Source: Mustelus asterias (taxonomy: Eukaryota). From it: a stretch of 64,000 nucleotides of DNA. The DNA lies in NCBI RefSeq assembly GCF_964213995.1, contig NW_027590144.1, forward strand, positions 806,001 to 870,000. The letters are read 5' to 3'. Of the stretch, positions 1 through 12,179 are shown piece by piece. The notes beneath the pieces are model-generated. The model did no database searches and was not told the DNA's origin. It saw only the letters and a list, made by a program, of their open reading frames with translations. Position 1 is the stretch's first letter. Every line of letters starts with the position of its first letter. Position numbers and translations under genes: made by a program.

Positions 1-44
1 TCCCAGAGACACCACATTGTGACGCCTGTTCGGGAACAGTGTGG

Positions 45-220
45 GAGAGTTTAGCATGGCCAATGCACCTAACCAGCACGTCTTTCAGACTGTGGGAGGA
101 AACCGGAGCATCCAGAGGAAAACAACCCTGACATGGGGTGAACCTGCAGACTCTGCACAGACAGTGACCCAAGCCAGGAATCGAAACCGGGTCCCTGGCT
201 CAATGAGGCATCAATGCTAA
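45..220 (-). mobile_element. HE1-type V-SINE fragment
   Basis: Reverse complement has a tRNA-like head (ttagcattgatgcctca...gggacccggtttcgattcc) and the V-domain (ctccggtttcctcccacagtc) typical of shark HE1 SINEs. Confidence 0.8.
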
Positions 221-324
221 ATATCAGTCAAGCCTGCTTGTCTTCCGAGTAAACAAACGTCAGCAACTTGTTTAACCGTTATCGCAATCCTAATACATTC
301 TTAACGCTACATCAGTTTTGCTGG

Positions 325-810
325 ACAGTGATGAAACCTGGGTTAATGCCAGGAATGGATGGGTCGTGTTACAACAAGATATTGCACAGTTTAGGCTTGC
401 ATCCACCGGAGTTTAAAAGAGGAAGAGGCAACTTGATTGAAACTTTTAAGATTCTGAGAGTTCTTAATAGTGATGTGCAGCCAATGTTTCCGTTTGTAGG
501 AGCATATAGAACTAAAGATTGCAGTTACATAATGAGTACTCGTTCATGTAAGACAGAAATGAGAAATTATTATTTTTCTCAGAAATTCGTGAGTCTTTGC
601 AACTCTTCCTCAGAAGGCATTGGAAGCAGAGTCTTAGTTTTTTTTTAATGCTGAGCTCCATAGTTCATTGATTAAAAAGTAGTGAAAGGTTATGTAAGGT
701 AGGGAGGGATGTGGCATCCAAGATATTATCAAATCAGCTGCGGCCTTATTGAATGGTGGAGCAGGCTCGAAGAGCCGAGTAGCCTATCATTTCTCCTAAT
801 ACGCTATGTC
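325..810 (+). mobile_element. CR1 LINE 3' fragment (degraded ORF2 C-terminus and 3' UTR)
   Basis: ORF 268-648 contains PGM..LGL..EFKRGRGNLIETFKIL..FFSQ, the CR1 ORF2 C-terminal signature; followed by the gaatggtggagcaggctcga 3' UTR. Confidence 0.85.
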
Positions 811-1044
811 CCTCGGTTCAAAATTCCACAATAACATAATGTCATTTTATCAATTCAATCAATCTATCTCGTATAAATAAAAACGAATCAATGCTTACAA
901 GTGACATCAGTCAATGAAGCATTGTAAAATGTGAGGAGAATCAACACAGAGCTTCAGAACTGCAAAGACTAGTGGCTGGAATGGGCGGACAGTTGGAACA
1001 ATGATTGAATAATTATTTTGTTCAGTGACAGTTCTGCAGATCCC

Positions 1045-1340
1045 TGTGACCCACAGTGGGGACAACCTCAGGCTCAAGGGACAATCCTTTTAAACAAAGA
1101 TGAGGAGGAATTTTGGCAGCCAGAGAGTGGTGAATCTGTGGAACTCTTTGCCGCAGAAGGCTGTGGAGGCCAGGTGATTGAGTATCTTTAAGACAGAGAT
1201 AGATAGATTTTTGATTCATAAGGGGATCAGGGGTTATGGGGAAAAGGCAGGAGAATGGGGATGAGAAAAAAATCAGTCATGATTCAATGGTGGAGCAGAT
1301 CGATGGGCCGAGTGGCCTAATTCTCTCCTATATCTATGGA
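1045..1340 (+). mobile_element. CR1 LINE 3' fragment
   Basis: cagagagtggtgaatctgtggaactc (QRVVNLWN) and a CR1 3' UTR ending ...gggccgagtggccta. Confidence 0.8.
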
Positions 1341-2099
1341 CTAGCCACCTCCCCCAGATAGGTGGAAATTTATGATTATGAACATTGAATTCTTTAGATA
1401 ATTCCTGTCATATAATCCCTCTATATGTTTTTGATCTGTTCAGTTCTTACAAGCCGGGCGGAGATTGAAGAATAACACTGCTCCATAAGTGTTAACACAA
1501 TTATTGAAAACTTCCTGAGCCATCTGAGATTTATTGATCATATGATCACTCTGTTTGAAGTCTTAATCAATTTGTTAAGAAAATATTTATATTGCACTTT
1601 CAATGTTCTCATCCAAACATTATATCTACAGTATGCAGTGCGTTGGTTGTGAAGGTTCAGCTGTCAAAAAATAATCCAAATTGTGGATAATATTCTTTGG
1701 GGACGGACATTACGACATTGACCAACACGTCCACACCTTCATCAAGGCCTCTCTCTCCCTTTCTGGCCTCTGGTTCTATTCTATCTCTGCAGTGATCAAT
1801 TCTCCGTCCCGATATCCAGACACGTTCTCCACCCCATGCATTTACTTCATTCATCCTTCTGTCCGCAAAAGCCATTTCATCCCACGCTTAACTGTGGATG
1901 AGCCTTCTGAAAGCATCGGTGAATTCGGCAGCGTTTGTAATATTTTGTTTCGGGTGACCTTGATGATGTTCATCCTAAGGAAGGAAATGCTGAATTGTGA
2001 CTGTTCAGATTGGGCCGGACATCATTGAGATACCACAGCATTTTTCATTCAGGGACAGCGGCTGGTGATCTGCAGAACTAGGTTTCCGTCACGAACTGA

Positions 2100-3200
2100 A
2101 GGAAATACTGGAAGAATTGTGGCTCAAGCTGCTAAATGCAACTTTGGGCTTTGATGGATTGGGCAGAGTGAAGTGTGACAGTCAGTTATACTCGGAGGAA
2201 AGGTCTAATTAGGGCTCATTGTGGGTCAGTCCTGTATAGAGGGTGGTTAGGTGGGTTACTGCAACTAGGTTTCGGACAGAGAACTTTGGAATGGGGCCCT
2301 CTGGTTAACCATGGGATAAAGAAGTGTTAGATGCGGTATTGCAATTTTGCCTGGGGAAGGGACATTTGGTTTGGGTCAGTATTTATTGGCCTGGGACAGG
2401 ACTGTTGAAATTGGAATGCTTACTTTATCTCGGAACAGGGGCTACTAAGGTGATTCAGTGTGGTGCATTCAGGGCGAGGGACCGATGATGTGAGCAAGTC
2501 TAATTGAGTCAAGGGCCGAGACAATTCAAGGGGCTGTGTGTTATAATCTAGTTCGGGGAGCGACGAGGTGGCAAAATGTGGGTCTATAATTGACAGAAAT
2601 ATGTGAGGTTGGATAGTAGGTTTCGGTGTCAGGATGGGATTGGTGAGATGGGACAGTGTGGTTCTGTCTAGAAAAATGTGTCGTATTGTGAGACAGGCTG
2701 GTTAAATCGGGGACAGCGAGATATCAGGTGAAACATTTTATGGATCAGATTGGGAAAGGGACTGATGAGACGGGACAATGTTTATAAAACCAGGCCAGCT
2801 TCCCATGGGGTATTTCACATTGTGAAATGGAACAGACAGTTGGAGTAATGTGATTGATTCTAGAGCATTAACCAATGAATTGGGACAGTTTGGCATTGAC
2901 TGGTGAAGGTTTACAGTGTGGTGTATTTTGGGGCAGGGGAAGTGGAGTTCCGCTGGTGAAACTTGGACTAGTGCAAGGCCTGGTGATGAGTTACCGTGTG
3001 ATTCAGTGTGAGACAGGGAAGGACACTGTCAATGAATATCACCGTGTAATCTGCGAAGTGTGACATTATTGTTCAGTCCGGGATAGGGGCTGATAAATTG
3101 GGGCAGTGACGTTCAATCTGGGAATAGGAGAGATTTGCAGTGGGTGGATATTTGCCGGAGGGTAGAGCTTTACAGGGGAGAGTTTTGCAGTCGGTCAGTT
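2100..3200. repeat. Highly degenerate G-rich minisatellite (~39-40 bp period)
   Basis: Recurring gggacaggg.ctg.tga..tgggacagtgtg-like units spaced ~39-40 bp; strong G-over-C strand bias. Confidence 0.5.
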
Positions 3201-3512
3201 TTCATGCCCAAGTGCTTTCTCCTGAGACGGTATATTGAAACCCTGTCTTGACAATAAGAATGTATTGACTGCAAATCATGACATCTGAACTTTTAAAACA
3301 GGAGTTTTAACAGGTGGGGAAACTACATGAATCCTGTTGCACTGGGGAACTGAGCTGTTGTGTATGTAAACAGGATGACTGAGTGAAGCAGTTTCCACTT
3401 TCAGCTGGTGAGCATTATTTTCACAGAGTTTGTTTTTGTCACTGAATTTCCTGCTGATCTCAATCCCTGTCGTGATGGGTTTCATGTTCACAACATTCTC
3501 CAGGTAAATAAA

Positions 3513-3630
3513 TGAAATACTGCAGATCTTGAATATCTGAAATAACAACAACAGAAAACACTGCAAATGCTCAGAAGATCTGGTAATGCCTGTGGAGGTC
3601 GAGAACAAAAAAACAATTTCTGATGTTGAT
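3513..3630 (-). mobile_element. Penelope-derived short repeat (pLTR fragment)
   Basis: aaatactgcagat...acagaaaacactgcaaatgctcag..tctgg; same family as 13283-13850, 12270-12420, 27325-27485, 28855-28985 and 37415-37550. Confidence 0.55.
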
Positions 3631-4162
3631 CCTCCTCCATTCATGAGTGAAAATATTTTTTTCTTATTTATCCTGTCACCCATCTGACAGGCCACAATCA
3701 GATCATGTCAGCCCCCATTCCCCAGAGAAAGCACATTCGGGCTATTGAATCGTTCCTTGATGGCATAGCCTGCCACACTATAGTGGACGTGTTTTGATAA
3801 TGTTTCTGCTCAGTTTTGAACCCTCTGTTGGTGCCCACGACGCGACAGATGTCCTGCGGCGCAAAGCGACCAATTCATTTTAAAGAACGAAAGGGGAAGG
3901 TCTGTGATTGAGTGCAAGGCATGATGAACTCACACAAGGAATGACAAAGAAAGCAACTTTGAGCTGCCGATGGCAGATCCCGGGTGGTTTAGTGTTTCAG
4001 ACTCAATGTTTTCAGGACCATGGCATGGGCTTGATGGTAGGTCACAAATAGGGAACAAAACAGAACATTTTTAATGAGAAATCTGTCTGTGTGTGACGGA
4101 CCAGAAGAAAGGCAATAGCTAAAGTAATGATGGTAAGTTGATTGGCGAAGTCATTGTCTGCT

Positions 4163-4234
4163 TCCCTGTTGATCCATTGGTTAGGATTCGGAACTTTCAT
4201 CACTGTGGCTTGGGTTCAAGCTCTGGCCAGAGAG
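4163..4234 (+). pseudogene. tRNA-Glu(TTC)-like pseudogene
   Basis: tccctgttgatccattggttaggattcgg..ctttca..gggttcaa.. aligns to vertebrate tRNA-Glu with many stem mismatches. Confidence 0.7.
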
Positions 4235-4479
4235 TAACTATTTTGCGTTGCTGTGTGAACTGACAAATTTAAAGTGAATTCCTCATTCAGTTAAACTCGA
4301 TCTGGCAGCATCCACGGAGTGGGAAACAGAGTGAATCTTCCAGCTGGATGATGCTTCATCAGAGCTGGAAAGGTCTGATATAAAACAGACGGGAAATAAG
4401 TCCTTGTCTGTGTTTCGGAGATATTATGAGAGAGTCGATGGGTTAGAAGTTCTATTCCTAACCCATTATGTGTTCTAGT

Positions 4480-4562
4480 GGTAGCGTGGCTGAAACGTTG
4501 AGTGCACTAGCTTTAAGCTGTAGTTTCTAAAGCAACCGTGTCTTCACATCCCACCACTGCCC
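4480..4562 (+). pseudogene. tRNA-Leu-like pseudogene
   Basis: ggtagcgtggc...atcccaccactgcc ends match tRNA-Leu(AAG/TAG); interior degraded. Confidence 0.65.
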
Positions 4563-5769
4563 CAAGTTTCTTCTCCTTTGGCTGTTCAGTGATTGGCATT
4601 GTGTGAAGAACAAAAACCGATGGTGCGTGCTGATTTCAGGGTGAACCCGTCAGGCCGAATGTTCCACTTTGTTGCTGTAACTATCCTGTGATTTCGTATG
4701 AGTGACACTAACTCATTAACTCGTTGACGTGCTGTCCAAGTGGTTTTGGTAATGGATCTGATATCCATTGTTGTTTTCCGCGGAAGATTTGAACAGCACC
4801 CACTGGGATGCTCAGCTTCCATTCTCTTCAGTACTCCAGAATTCGTTCAATAAAATCAAAACCTTCCAAATATTCAGGCCCATTTTTCATGCTTCAAATC
4901 CGCATTCCTTCATTTCTGTTCATCGACGAGAATTTACCAAACCTCCAGCCGGAAATGGATGAAAACTGAATCCAATTTGGTGACATCCTTGATTTATGGG
5001 TGTTTGCAATTCCTCGGGCCTTTGTCACTGTCGGTGTCAGCGTGTGTCCCTCTTTGTCCATCAATATGATTCAGTTTCCCGAAAGGGGGAACACATTGTT
5101 ACCATCTGCATTCACTTATTTGATGAATCCTCATGGTAAATGGTACAGAAAATCACAAGATGTTTGAAAGTTGGGAGACAGATTAGCACGTTCTCTTTTA
5201 CTTTCGAGTGGATATTGCTTATTGACTCAGGGCCCGTATGTTACACAGTGGAGGATTGTTGAAACTTTCACTGAGCAACATTTAAGCAGACAGCGGATTC
5301 ACTCGGTGTGATGCTGGGTTCCAGTTCTACATATGCAATCATACATTCAACTTATGTCAGTTGCTGTTCATCCATTTTGTCTCATAGTTTGTAATTATTG
5401 GATACTAAAACTGCGCAGAATGTTCCACATGTGTTCCCCGCAAAACCTTGTACAACTGCAGCAACAATTCGTCATTCTTGTTCTCCAGTCTACTGGCAAC
5501 AAAGGCAAAAATGTAATTCCCCTTCCTAAATGTTTGCTGCAACTCAACGCTAGCTTTATGCATTCCATCTACAAATACACCTCGGATTCTTTGAATATCA
5601 GCACCAACGTTCCCACCTTTTCAAAAATGTTCTGCTCTTTCTATTTTTACGAAAAGGTGAATGCCTATTCACTTTCCAAAATTGAACCCGCCCTTACCTG
5701 TGCATTAAAACTTGACGTGTGGCCAGTCTCGCTGCCTTGTCCCTACAGATCAGATGTGTTTTAAGCTGA

Positions 5770-5836
5770 AGCTCCAGCGAGAACTCACGAGCCCAGGCTT
5801 ACAAAACCAACCATCTAATCACTGAGCTATGGAACC
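5770..5836 (-). pseudogene. tRNA-Thr(TGT)-like pseudogene
   Basis: Reverse complement ggttccatagctcagtgattaga..ttgtaa..gtgagttctcgctggagc; T-loop partly deleted. Confidence 0.65.
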
Positions 5837-6156
5837 AATTGCCATTAAGAGCGCAGAGTGAGTGCCTCATTATCAGTGAAGTGAGGAACAGGCTGGATTT
5901 TCTGGTGGGTGATGTTTGATAGATGTGGAAATGTGAGATGGGAAGCAGAGTTAAAAGATGTAACTTGATAGCGGCAGAGTGTGTCCGTTACTTTAACTGA
6001 AGAATGAATGCCATGGTATCCTTCTTCAGAGCTCAACTCTGAAATTTCCAGCTCTGGTGCAAGTTCATCCAGCTAAAAGATGAACCGTGTTACACCCTTC
6101 ACAGACACTGTGAGGCCTGTTTTCATTTAATGAAGAAATCAACAAAAAGTTATTCA

Positions 6157-6219
6157 CTCCATGGCTGAGAGTCAAATCTGCTACATGTCACTGAAGCCAT
6201 ACCACTATACCCCCAAGGA
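6157..6219 (-). pseudogene. Very degraded tRNA-Asp-like remnant
   Basis: Reverse complement tcctt..gtatagtggt...ggag resembles tRNA-Asp ends only. Confidence 0.3.
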
Positions 6220-6700
6220 AGCTGATGTGAGACATTGGAAATTAGATGATCATCACCACTGTACCAAATAGTCAAATAACATTAATGAAAGCACTGTTAC
6301 ACTGACATTTTAACGTCTTATAAACAATTGCATCAAAATGCGTTATTTCCGCTTGTGTTCACATTTTTTCACTTCCTGGGTCTGAGCAATTTCCATCTTC
6401 AAAATGTGCTGTTCAGTTAACCGTTTGTCATCAGTCCCGGGCCCTGGCGTTGAAAGCATTGACTCTCAAACACTGAACCACCCGGGCTCCACTATCACCT
6501 GCTCAATGTTGCCCTGTCTATCATTCCTTGTATCAGTTAATCCATCCTTTCTTGCTCTTTATCCTGGACCCCCCCTTGTGTTCTTTTTTTTTACGGCGTG
6601 GTTCCTGACACTATAATCATAAAATGTTGGAAATACTCAGCAGATCAGTTAATGTTTAGTGACAAACGAGAATAATTCTGAAATCAAAAGCATTCTGAAA

Positions 6701-6773
6701 AGTCCCTGCCCGGTTTCGACGCTGAAACCTTTCACGTATAAGGAGAATGTGATAACCAACACACTGCAGAAAA
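6701..6773 (-). pseudogene. tRNA-Val-like pseudogene
   Basis: Reverse complement ttttctgcagtgtgttggttatcacatt..cgtgaaagg..tcgaaaccgggc matches tRNA-Val. Confidence 0.7.
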
Positions 6774-6988
6774 ATGACGATATTCGAAATGGAAGCAGAT
6801 CTGGCTTTCTGGAGGAGCAACTAAACTGGTTTTGCAAGCCCTTGAACTCCTCACATCAATTTACATTTGCATTGCTTCTGCTGGCTCCTTCTGTCACAAT
6901 GAATAATTATGCATTCCAATGCATTAAATTTTTGTGACCACATGTTCGGGCAAAGCTTTTTAATTACGTTTAAAGTCAGCAGCATAAC

Positions 6989-7070
6989 TGACAGAGGTGG
7001 GATTCGATCCCATTCCTCCACAGATACCGTTTCCTTAAATTAAATAGTTTAAATTTCTCATGATCGCTAA
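6989..7070 (-). pseudogene. tRNA-Leu-like remnant
   Basis: tgacagaggtgggattcgatccca..cctcc is the reverse complement of a Leu 3' half; 5' half degraded. Confidence 0.5.
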
Positions 7071-8212
7071 CAGTGCAAAAGGTGGCTGTCATCTCTGGCA
7101 TTGCCAGTGAACAGAATAAATGGAGCAGCGTTTAGTCAAATGTCCAACTGAGCATCCTCCACCACTTAGTAAAATGTTGGCAGATCCGCAGACTCAACAT
7201 AAATTACCCACCCTATCTCGAAAGCCCTTAATTCCCTTAGATTCCAAAATACACTCTATCTCAGCCTTCAATATCCTAATCATTGAGGATTCACAGATCG
7301 CTGGGCTCGAGAATTTCAAAGATTCACACACCTTTGATCGAATAAGTATCTCCTTGTCTCTATCCTAAATGGCTGACACGTGAGCAGGCACTTTGTAAAA
7401 TCTCATTCAAAATTTGAAGAAGTGCAAATATCACATGGCTGTGAGATAATGTAGTCCCTCAATATTTAACAACAAACGGTAATGAGACAACTTTTCCTCA
7501 CACTGTGAGTTGATTGATTTTTAATAATAATGTCTTGCACTTTTCGAAAAGGTGAATGCAATAACCGTCACACTTCAGAAACAAATTACAGATGAAAGCG
7601 GCAGAAATTGATGTGTGCCAGTTACTTTCAGCGATAAATATTTGTTGCATGTTACCTTGTGAATTTCACAGGATCAACAGAGGTGAGATTGGTGGGTCCT
7701 GAAAATTGGAAGTTACACATGAACAGTTTGTGGGGCAATTTCACCTCACTATCGATTTCATGTTACAGATAACAGCAATAGCTATTATAATTGGTTGAAA
7801 AATCATTTGTGTTCTAATTAAACATGTCAAGTCACATCTGATGAGAACATAAGTAAATGAAATTAAAAGAGAATGGTTTCACGGTTACGCCAGGATAATT
7901 ATGTACCTATCTGGTGAGATTGAGGATTGATGGGAAGCGGACAGGAAAGGATTTGAACTTCAGTTGGAAAATCCCAAATCATCAGTAGGCCGGTTTTCAA
8001 TCTTTTCTTTATACTGGCAGACAGTCATTCAGCCTATGTTCCTTTGTGTGCTCTTGAAAGGAAAAATCCATTCCTTCCGCACACGTTCCGTTCCCCTACC
8101 GGCTGGGACTGTCTCGCCTCGTTGTTCCTGCCAGAAACGACACCGCTCACACTCTTTCATTCAAGATGAGCTGTCAGACTTTAGATGGAAGGACCAAAAC
8201 CCAAATTAATTC

Positions 8213-8281
8213 TGGCAGCTGTGGGATTTAAACCCATGTCTCCGCTGAGATTGGAGCCTTAGACCGCTCGGCCTCGCGTCC
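8213..8281 (-). pseudogene. tRNA-Leu pseudogene with anticodon-arm deletion
   Basis: tggcagctgtgggatttaaaccca...ggagccttagaccgctcggcc; ~13 nt spanning the anticodon missing between two gcct repeats. Confidence 0.75.
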
Positions 8282-9207
8282 AGACGTTGTAATCGTGTAA
8301 TTTACTGATATAGTGAGTGAAATAATATAGGAGGAATGGAGATGGGAAGGGCCAGCAGAAATCTCCAACCTAATTTTTCATTGAATTTGGTCATCCTGAA
8401 ATGTGTAACAAACAAAAATCATCTCCAGTTAGAAAAACAATGAGCTGCATTTAAGGGTGGGCACCATTTAAATTGTCCTCAAACTCGTCTGGTTCCCAAT
8501 CTCCTGCCAGAAATAACAACAAAACTTTCTGCTGAATTTGCTCAGGGTCTTTACTTCAGAAAGGACAGGGCACAAGGCGAGACTGAGATTTCTATACATT
8601 TCCAGGAAATAACTTATTTGGTTTCACGGTTTGGACGAGAGCAGCAAATCTTCATTTTCTGATCTGCAATCAAATGAGCAGTATCCAACTCTAACCACCA
8701 AGTTACAGCGTGTTTTACAATTTGCTTCATCCACGCTCCTTTTGTTATTGCAATTTTCACTCCAGACCACTTTCACCACAAACAAGATTCTCCTGCAAAA
8801 TGGCACGTTCTGATTCACTCCCAATGATGTGTCCAGCCAATGACAACATGCCGCAAATACTCCACGACTGTTATCACGTTCGCTTCCGACGGTTCGAACA
8901 GCACTGAAATATTTCCAAATGTTTTTCATTGAAGAGTGAGGGATAAGTTTCATAATTCAGTGCCAGTGTACATGGCAAAATCTGACCCATTGCCATCCAG
9001 ATTTTTCCTTATATCACCAGCTCTATTGGCAGCGTTTTGCAGCCCATTACTGTCCTTCTCTTTCAGTGTTTTTCCATGAACATTTGCACTTGTGATATTT
9101 CCAATGCAGTAAACTTGAAAATATCACTCGACTGAATTTAATAGATCCGCTTCCGATCAGAGAGTAAATCGGATTAGTTCTAACAGTTTTGCCAGAGCAG
9201 TAATTAT

Positions 9208-9277
9208 TTTCCTGAGAGAGAATTGAACCGAAACCTCACGAGCAGAGCGTGGAACACAAAACACTGGACTCCAGGGC
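9208..9277 (-). pseudogene. tRNA-Glu-like pseudogene
   Basis: tttcctga..gaattgaacc...cactggactccaggg aligns to the reverse complement of tRNA-Glu. Confidence 0.55.
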
Positions 9278-9479
9278 AACTAGTGAACTTAGTTTCTCAA
9301 ACCGATTTACCTCATATTCCTTTGCTCATTATTTTCATCTCAGATTTGTTTTACCATCGACAAGTTGCTCCTTCAAAATGTCCTGTTTGGATGGTACATA
9401 AGTGTCTCCTTCAGCCAATGACAACACGGATTGAGTTCGCTGCATCATGAAATTAACAGTGAGGTGAAATAGTCCCACA

Positions 9480-9785
9480 AGAAGTTTAGAAGGATGAGAG
9501 GAGATCTGACCGAGGCAATAAAATTCTAAAAGGGATTGATCGATTAAACGTAAACCATCCCGAACAAGAGGTCACAGGTATAGATTGAGAGGCGGTGGAT
9601 TTAAAAGTGAGATGAGAAGGAAGTACTTCTCGCAGAGTGTGGTGAATTGGTGGAACTCGCTGCCGCATAGCACGGTGGAGTCTCAATCGCTGGATGATTT
9701 CAATAAGGAGATAGATATATTTCCAACTTAAAAAACTAATTAAAGGGATATGGAAAACAAGCGGGGATTTAAAGAGCAGCGAAAG
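9480..9785 (+). mobile_element. CR1 3' fragment (degraded)
   Basis: gtttagaaggatgagaggagatctg (FRRMRGDL) and ttctcgcagagtgtggtgaat. Confidence 0.75.
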
Positions 9786-9948
9786 ATGAAATTTTAAAAA
9801 AACTTTGCTGATGCAGGCATCTCTCGCCAGAGACTCAGAAAAGTGCAATGTAATAGAAGTTGAACTGGCTGACAAATTCCACCTTTGTAAGGAATTTAAA
9901 CAAAAGTTCCTTCGACAAATCAATCCTCAACAATGGCAAATAAGAGAA

Positions 9949-10013
9949 AGGATCCACCTAAATTTAGACGCAGTTTGCTGGGTTCAAAGTGCTCACCATT
10001 AGACCAGAGAACC
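9949..10013 (-). pseudogene. tRNA-Gln pseudogene (7-nt deletion)
   Basis: Paralog of 10872-10943 including its 3' flank; lacks ccagagt. Confidence 0.65.
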
Positions 10014-10136
10014 TATAACATCGCAGCCGGTTGCAAATGGTCACTCAAAGCATTTGACCCCCTTACTGTTGCTGCCACATTGAATGAAAAAGATCACATG
10101 CTTTGAGTGACCATTTGCATCAGGCGGCTCTGCTCC

Positions 10137-10208
10137 TGTTTCTGTGCTGTGATGGTGAGCACCCTGGACTCCGAATGCAGTAATCGGAGTTCAGAGCTTG
10201 GTAAAAGA
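10137..10208 (+). pseudogene. tRNA-Gln-like pseudogene
   Basis: tgtgatggtgagcaccctggactccgaatgcagtaatcggagttca aligns to tRNA-Gln; acceptor stem broken. Confidence 0.7.
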
Positions 10209-10546
10209 TTGTTTTTTTTGCTAAAGCAGATAATGGGTTTGCTGAAGGGAATTTAATTTTAAGTTCTCAGTAAGTGGAAATTTCAGCAAATTACACCGCA
10301 ACCACGGATGCTGCAGCGAATGATTCTACTGGCGTCATTGCATCAACCCCAGAGAACGATTGCTCAAGAATACAAAGCGCTGAGAGGCAGGAAAGCTACA
10401 GTGGGCACTGTGTCCACCTGGACGTGTAATTCACTCTGTTATCTGTCTCAATTTAAACAAAAGTTAGGCGGTGAGAGGCCAGAGTGCGACACGTTACCCG
10501 TGGAATCAACAGCAATCTGAAGGAAGACAGTAGACTTTTATCCCAA

Positions 10547-10612
10547 AACACACACACACACACACCCTCTCTCTCTCGCTCACACACACACCACACGCTC
10601 AGGCACACACAC
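10547..10612. repeat. (CA)n/(CT)n microsatellite
   Basis: Direct reading. Confidence 0.9.
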
Positions 10613-10871
10613 TTGCTCAATAATTGCCAGACTCCAGTCGAATTGTTATTGTGTGACACCAACCGCTTATTTTTTTCAACAGAGGAGTTGAAGAACAGCG
10701 AAAAGATGAAAAACACTAACGTTGCAGGGATCTGGCGCCTGAGGCTCAGCAATGTGCATTGTAATAGCAGTTGAACTGGCTGACAAATTGTCCTCTCTAT
10801 TCGTGCTTTGTGAGAAATTGAAACGAAGCGCCCTTCAGCAAATCAATCATCTGCCTTTGCAAATTAAAGCA

Positions 10872-10943
10872 AGGCTCCGCCGAGATTTGAACTCGGATTG
10901 CTGGACTCAAAGTCCAGAGTGCTCACCATTACACCACGAAGCC
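10872..10943 (-). tRNA. tRNA-Gln(TTG), structurally intact
   Basis: Reverse complement GGCTTCG TGGTGTAATGGTGAGCACT CTGGA CT TTG AG TCCAG CAAT CCGAG TTCAAAT CTCGG CGGAGCC T; all stems pair; no T4 terminator immediately downstream. Confidence 0.8.
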
Positions 10944-11357
10944 CAACTCACGGCAGCCATCTGAAAATCGTCGCTCCATACTTATGCCAATTTGAACAGC
11001 AGGGCGAAATATCAGTCCCGTTGCACAATCCCGTCAATTACCCACAGCAATTCATATTTACATTGCCCTTGCTGGTTCCTCCTGTAAAAATGAGTAGGTT
11101 ACCTTCAACTGCATTAAATTTCACTGCAGCTGATCACATTCAAAGAGCAATGTTAGCATCGAACAGATATCAACCTTATTGTGGTAACTTTACTGAACAA
11201 CATCAGCTGATCAGAGCTCTGCTTTCATCACACTGGAAGCCAATGTGAAAATATGAAGAATTTCAAATCTTAACAGACAGAAAGGAGTGTGTGACTGTGG
11301 ACAATTGGCGCTGTGCATATTCCGGTAATCAGTCTCTAGGAAAATCAGGCAGATGGG

Positions 11358-11416
11358 ATCCTGGTGGTCTCGTGGTTAGGATTCGGCGCTTTCAGGGTCG
11401 CAGGCTGCGTTCGATA
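11358..11416 (+). pseudogene. 3'-truncated tRNA-Glu(TTC) pseudogene
   Basis: cctggtggtctcgtggttaggattcggcgctttca...gttcgat, then similarity stops. Confidence 0.7.
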
Positions 11417-12106
11417 TATTAAGACTTAATGATTTTTATAAACAAACCAGCAATACTTCCTGGTCCAAAGCAGCTCTGCCAGAATCGGTGGAGTGAGATT
11501 TGCATTTTTACGTCCGAGTTGGAAATGTCAAACGTGCAACAGGTCAAGAACAAACACAAATAGTGAAAAACAGTGATATGATGCAAAACGCTGCCGATAG
11601 AGATGGTGATACAAGGTAAAATCTGGGTGGTAATGGGTCAGATTTAACCGTTTGCATTGACAGAAATATCACTCATTTCTGGATAACATTCTCGGGCTAA
11701 ATTACAAGAAAACCTCTCCATGAATGAAACACTAAACTATTTGACTTCGACTGATTGCAAGCAAGTTTCATTCAGAAAGCAGTAATTGTGAAATTTACAA
11801 AGCGGGATGGAGAAAGACTCAGTTTCAGCGGTGACACTGCGGGAGGAATGGAGAGCTGGAGTACACTGAGAAAAGCAGCAAAGTTTAAACATAACCGGAA
11901 CCAACCAATGTTGCCCTTGACCGTTATTCCTTGTGTCAGCTAATCCATCCTGTCTTGCTCACTGTCACAGACCTTCCCTTTTATATTCTTTACTGAGTTA
12001 TTTCCGCCTGAAATGCCGTAGAAAGCTCAATAGTTCAACTAATGTTTCGTGATAAACGAGAATAACTCTGTAATCTGAACCATTTTGAAACAAAGCCATC
12101 TGGAAA

Positions 12107-12179
12107 TGTTTCTGCCTGGCTTCGAACCGTGGACTTTCTAGATGCAAGGCGAGCGTGATAACCAATACACTGCAGGAAC
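12107..12179 (-). pseudogene. tRNA-Val-like pseudogene
   Basis: tgtttctgcctggcttcgaacc...gtgataaccaatacactgcaggaac; flanks homologous to those of 6701-6773. Confidence 0.75.

Noticed and set aside
1681-1725. IIFFGDG resembling a J-segment FGxG motif
   Set aside because: No upstream nonamer/heptamer, no downstream splice donor, and the following residues are not J-like
1420-2069. Possible minus-strand terminal exon (ctgcag acceptor at 2070) with a faint death-domain-like feel
   Set aside because: Stops in all frames and no motif I can name with confidence; needs BLASTx
3276-3695. 139-aa minus-strand ORF
   Set aside because: Partly made of a Penelope-derived repeat; no recognisable domain
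8625-8700. Possible ultra-degenerate tRNA-Arg (- strand)
   Set aside because: Only patchy similarity (ttctgatc..tatcca..ccac); not supportable by eye
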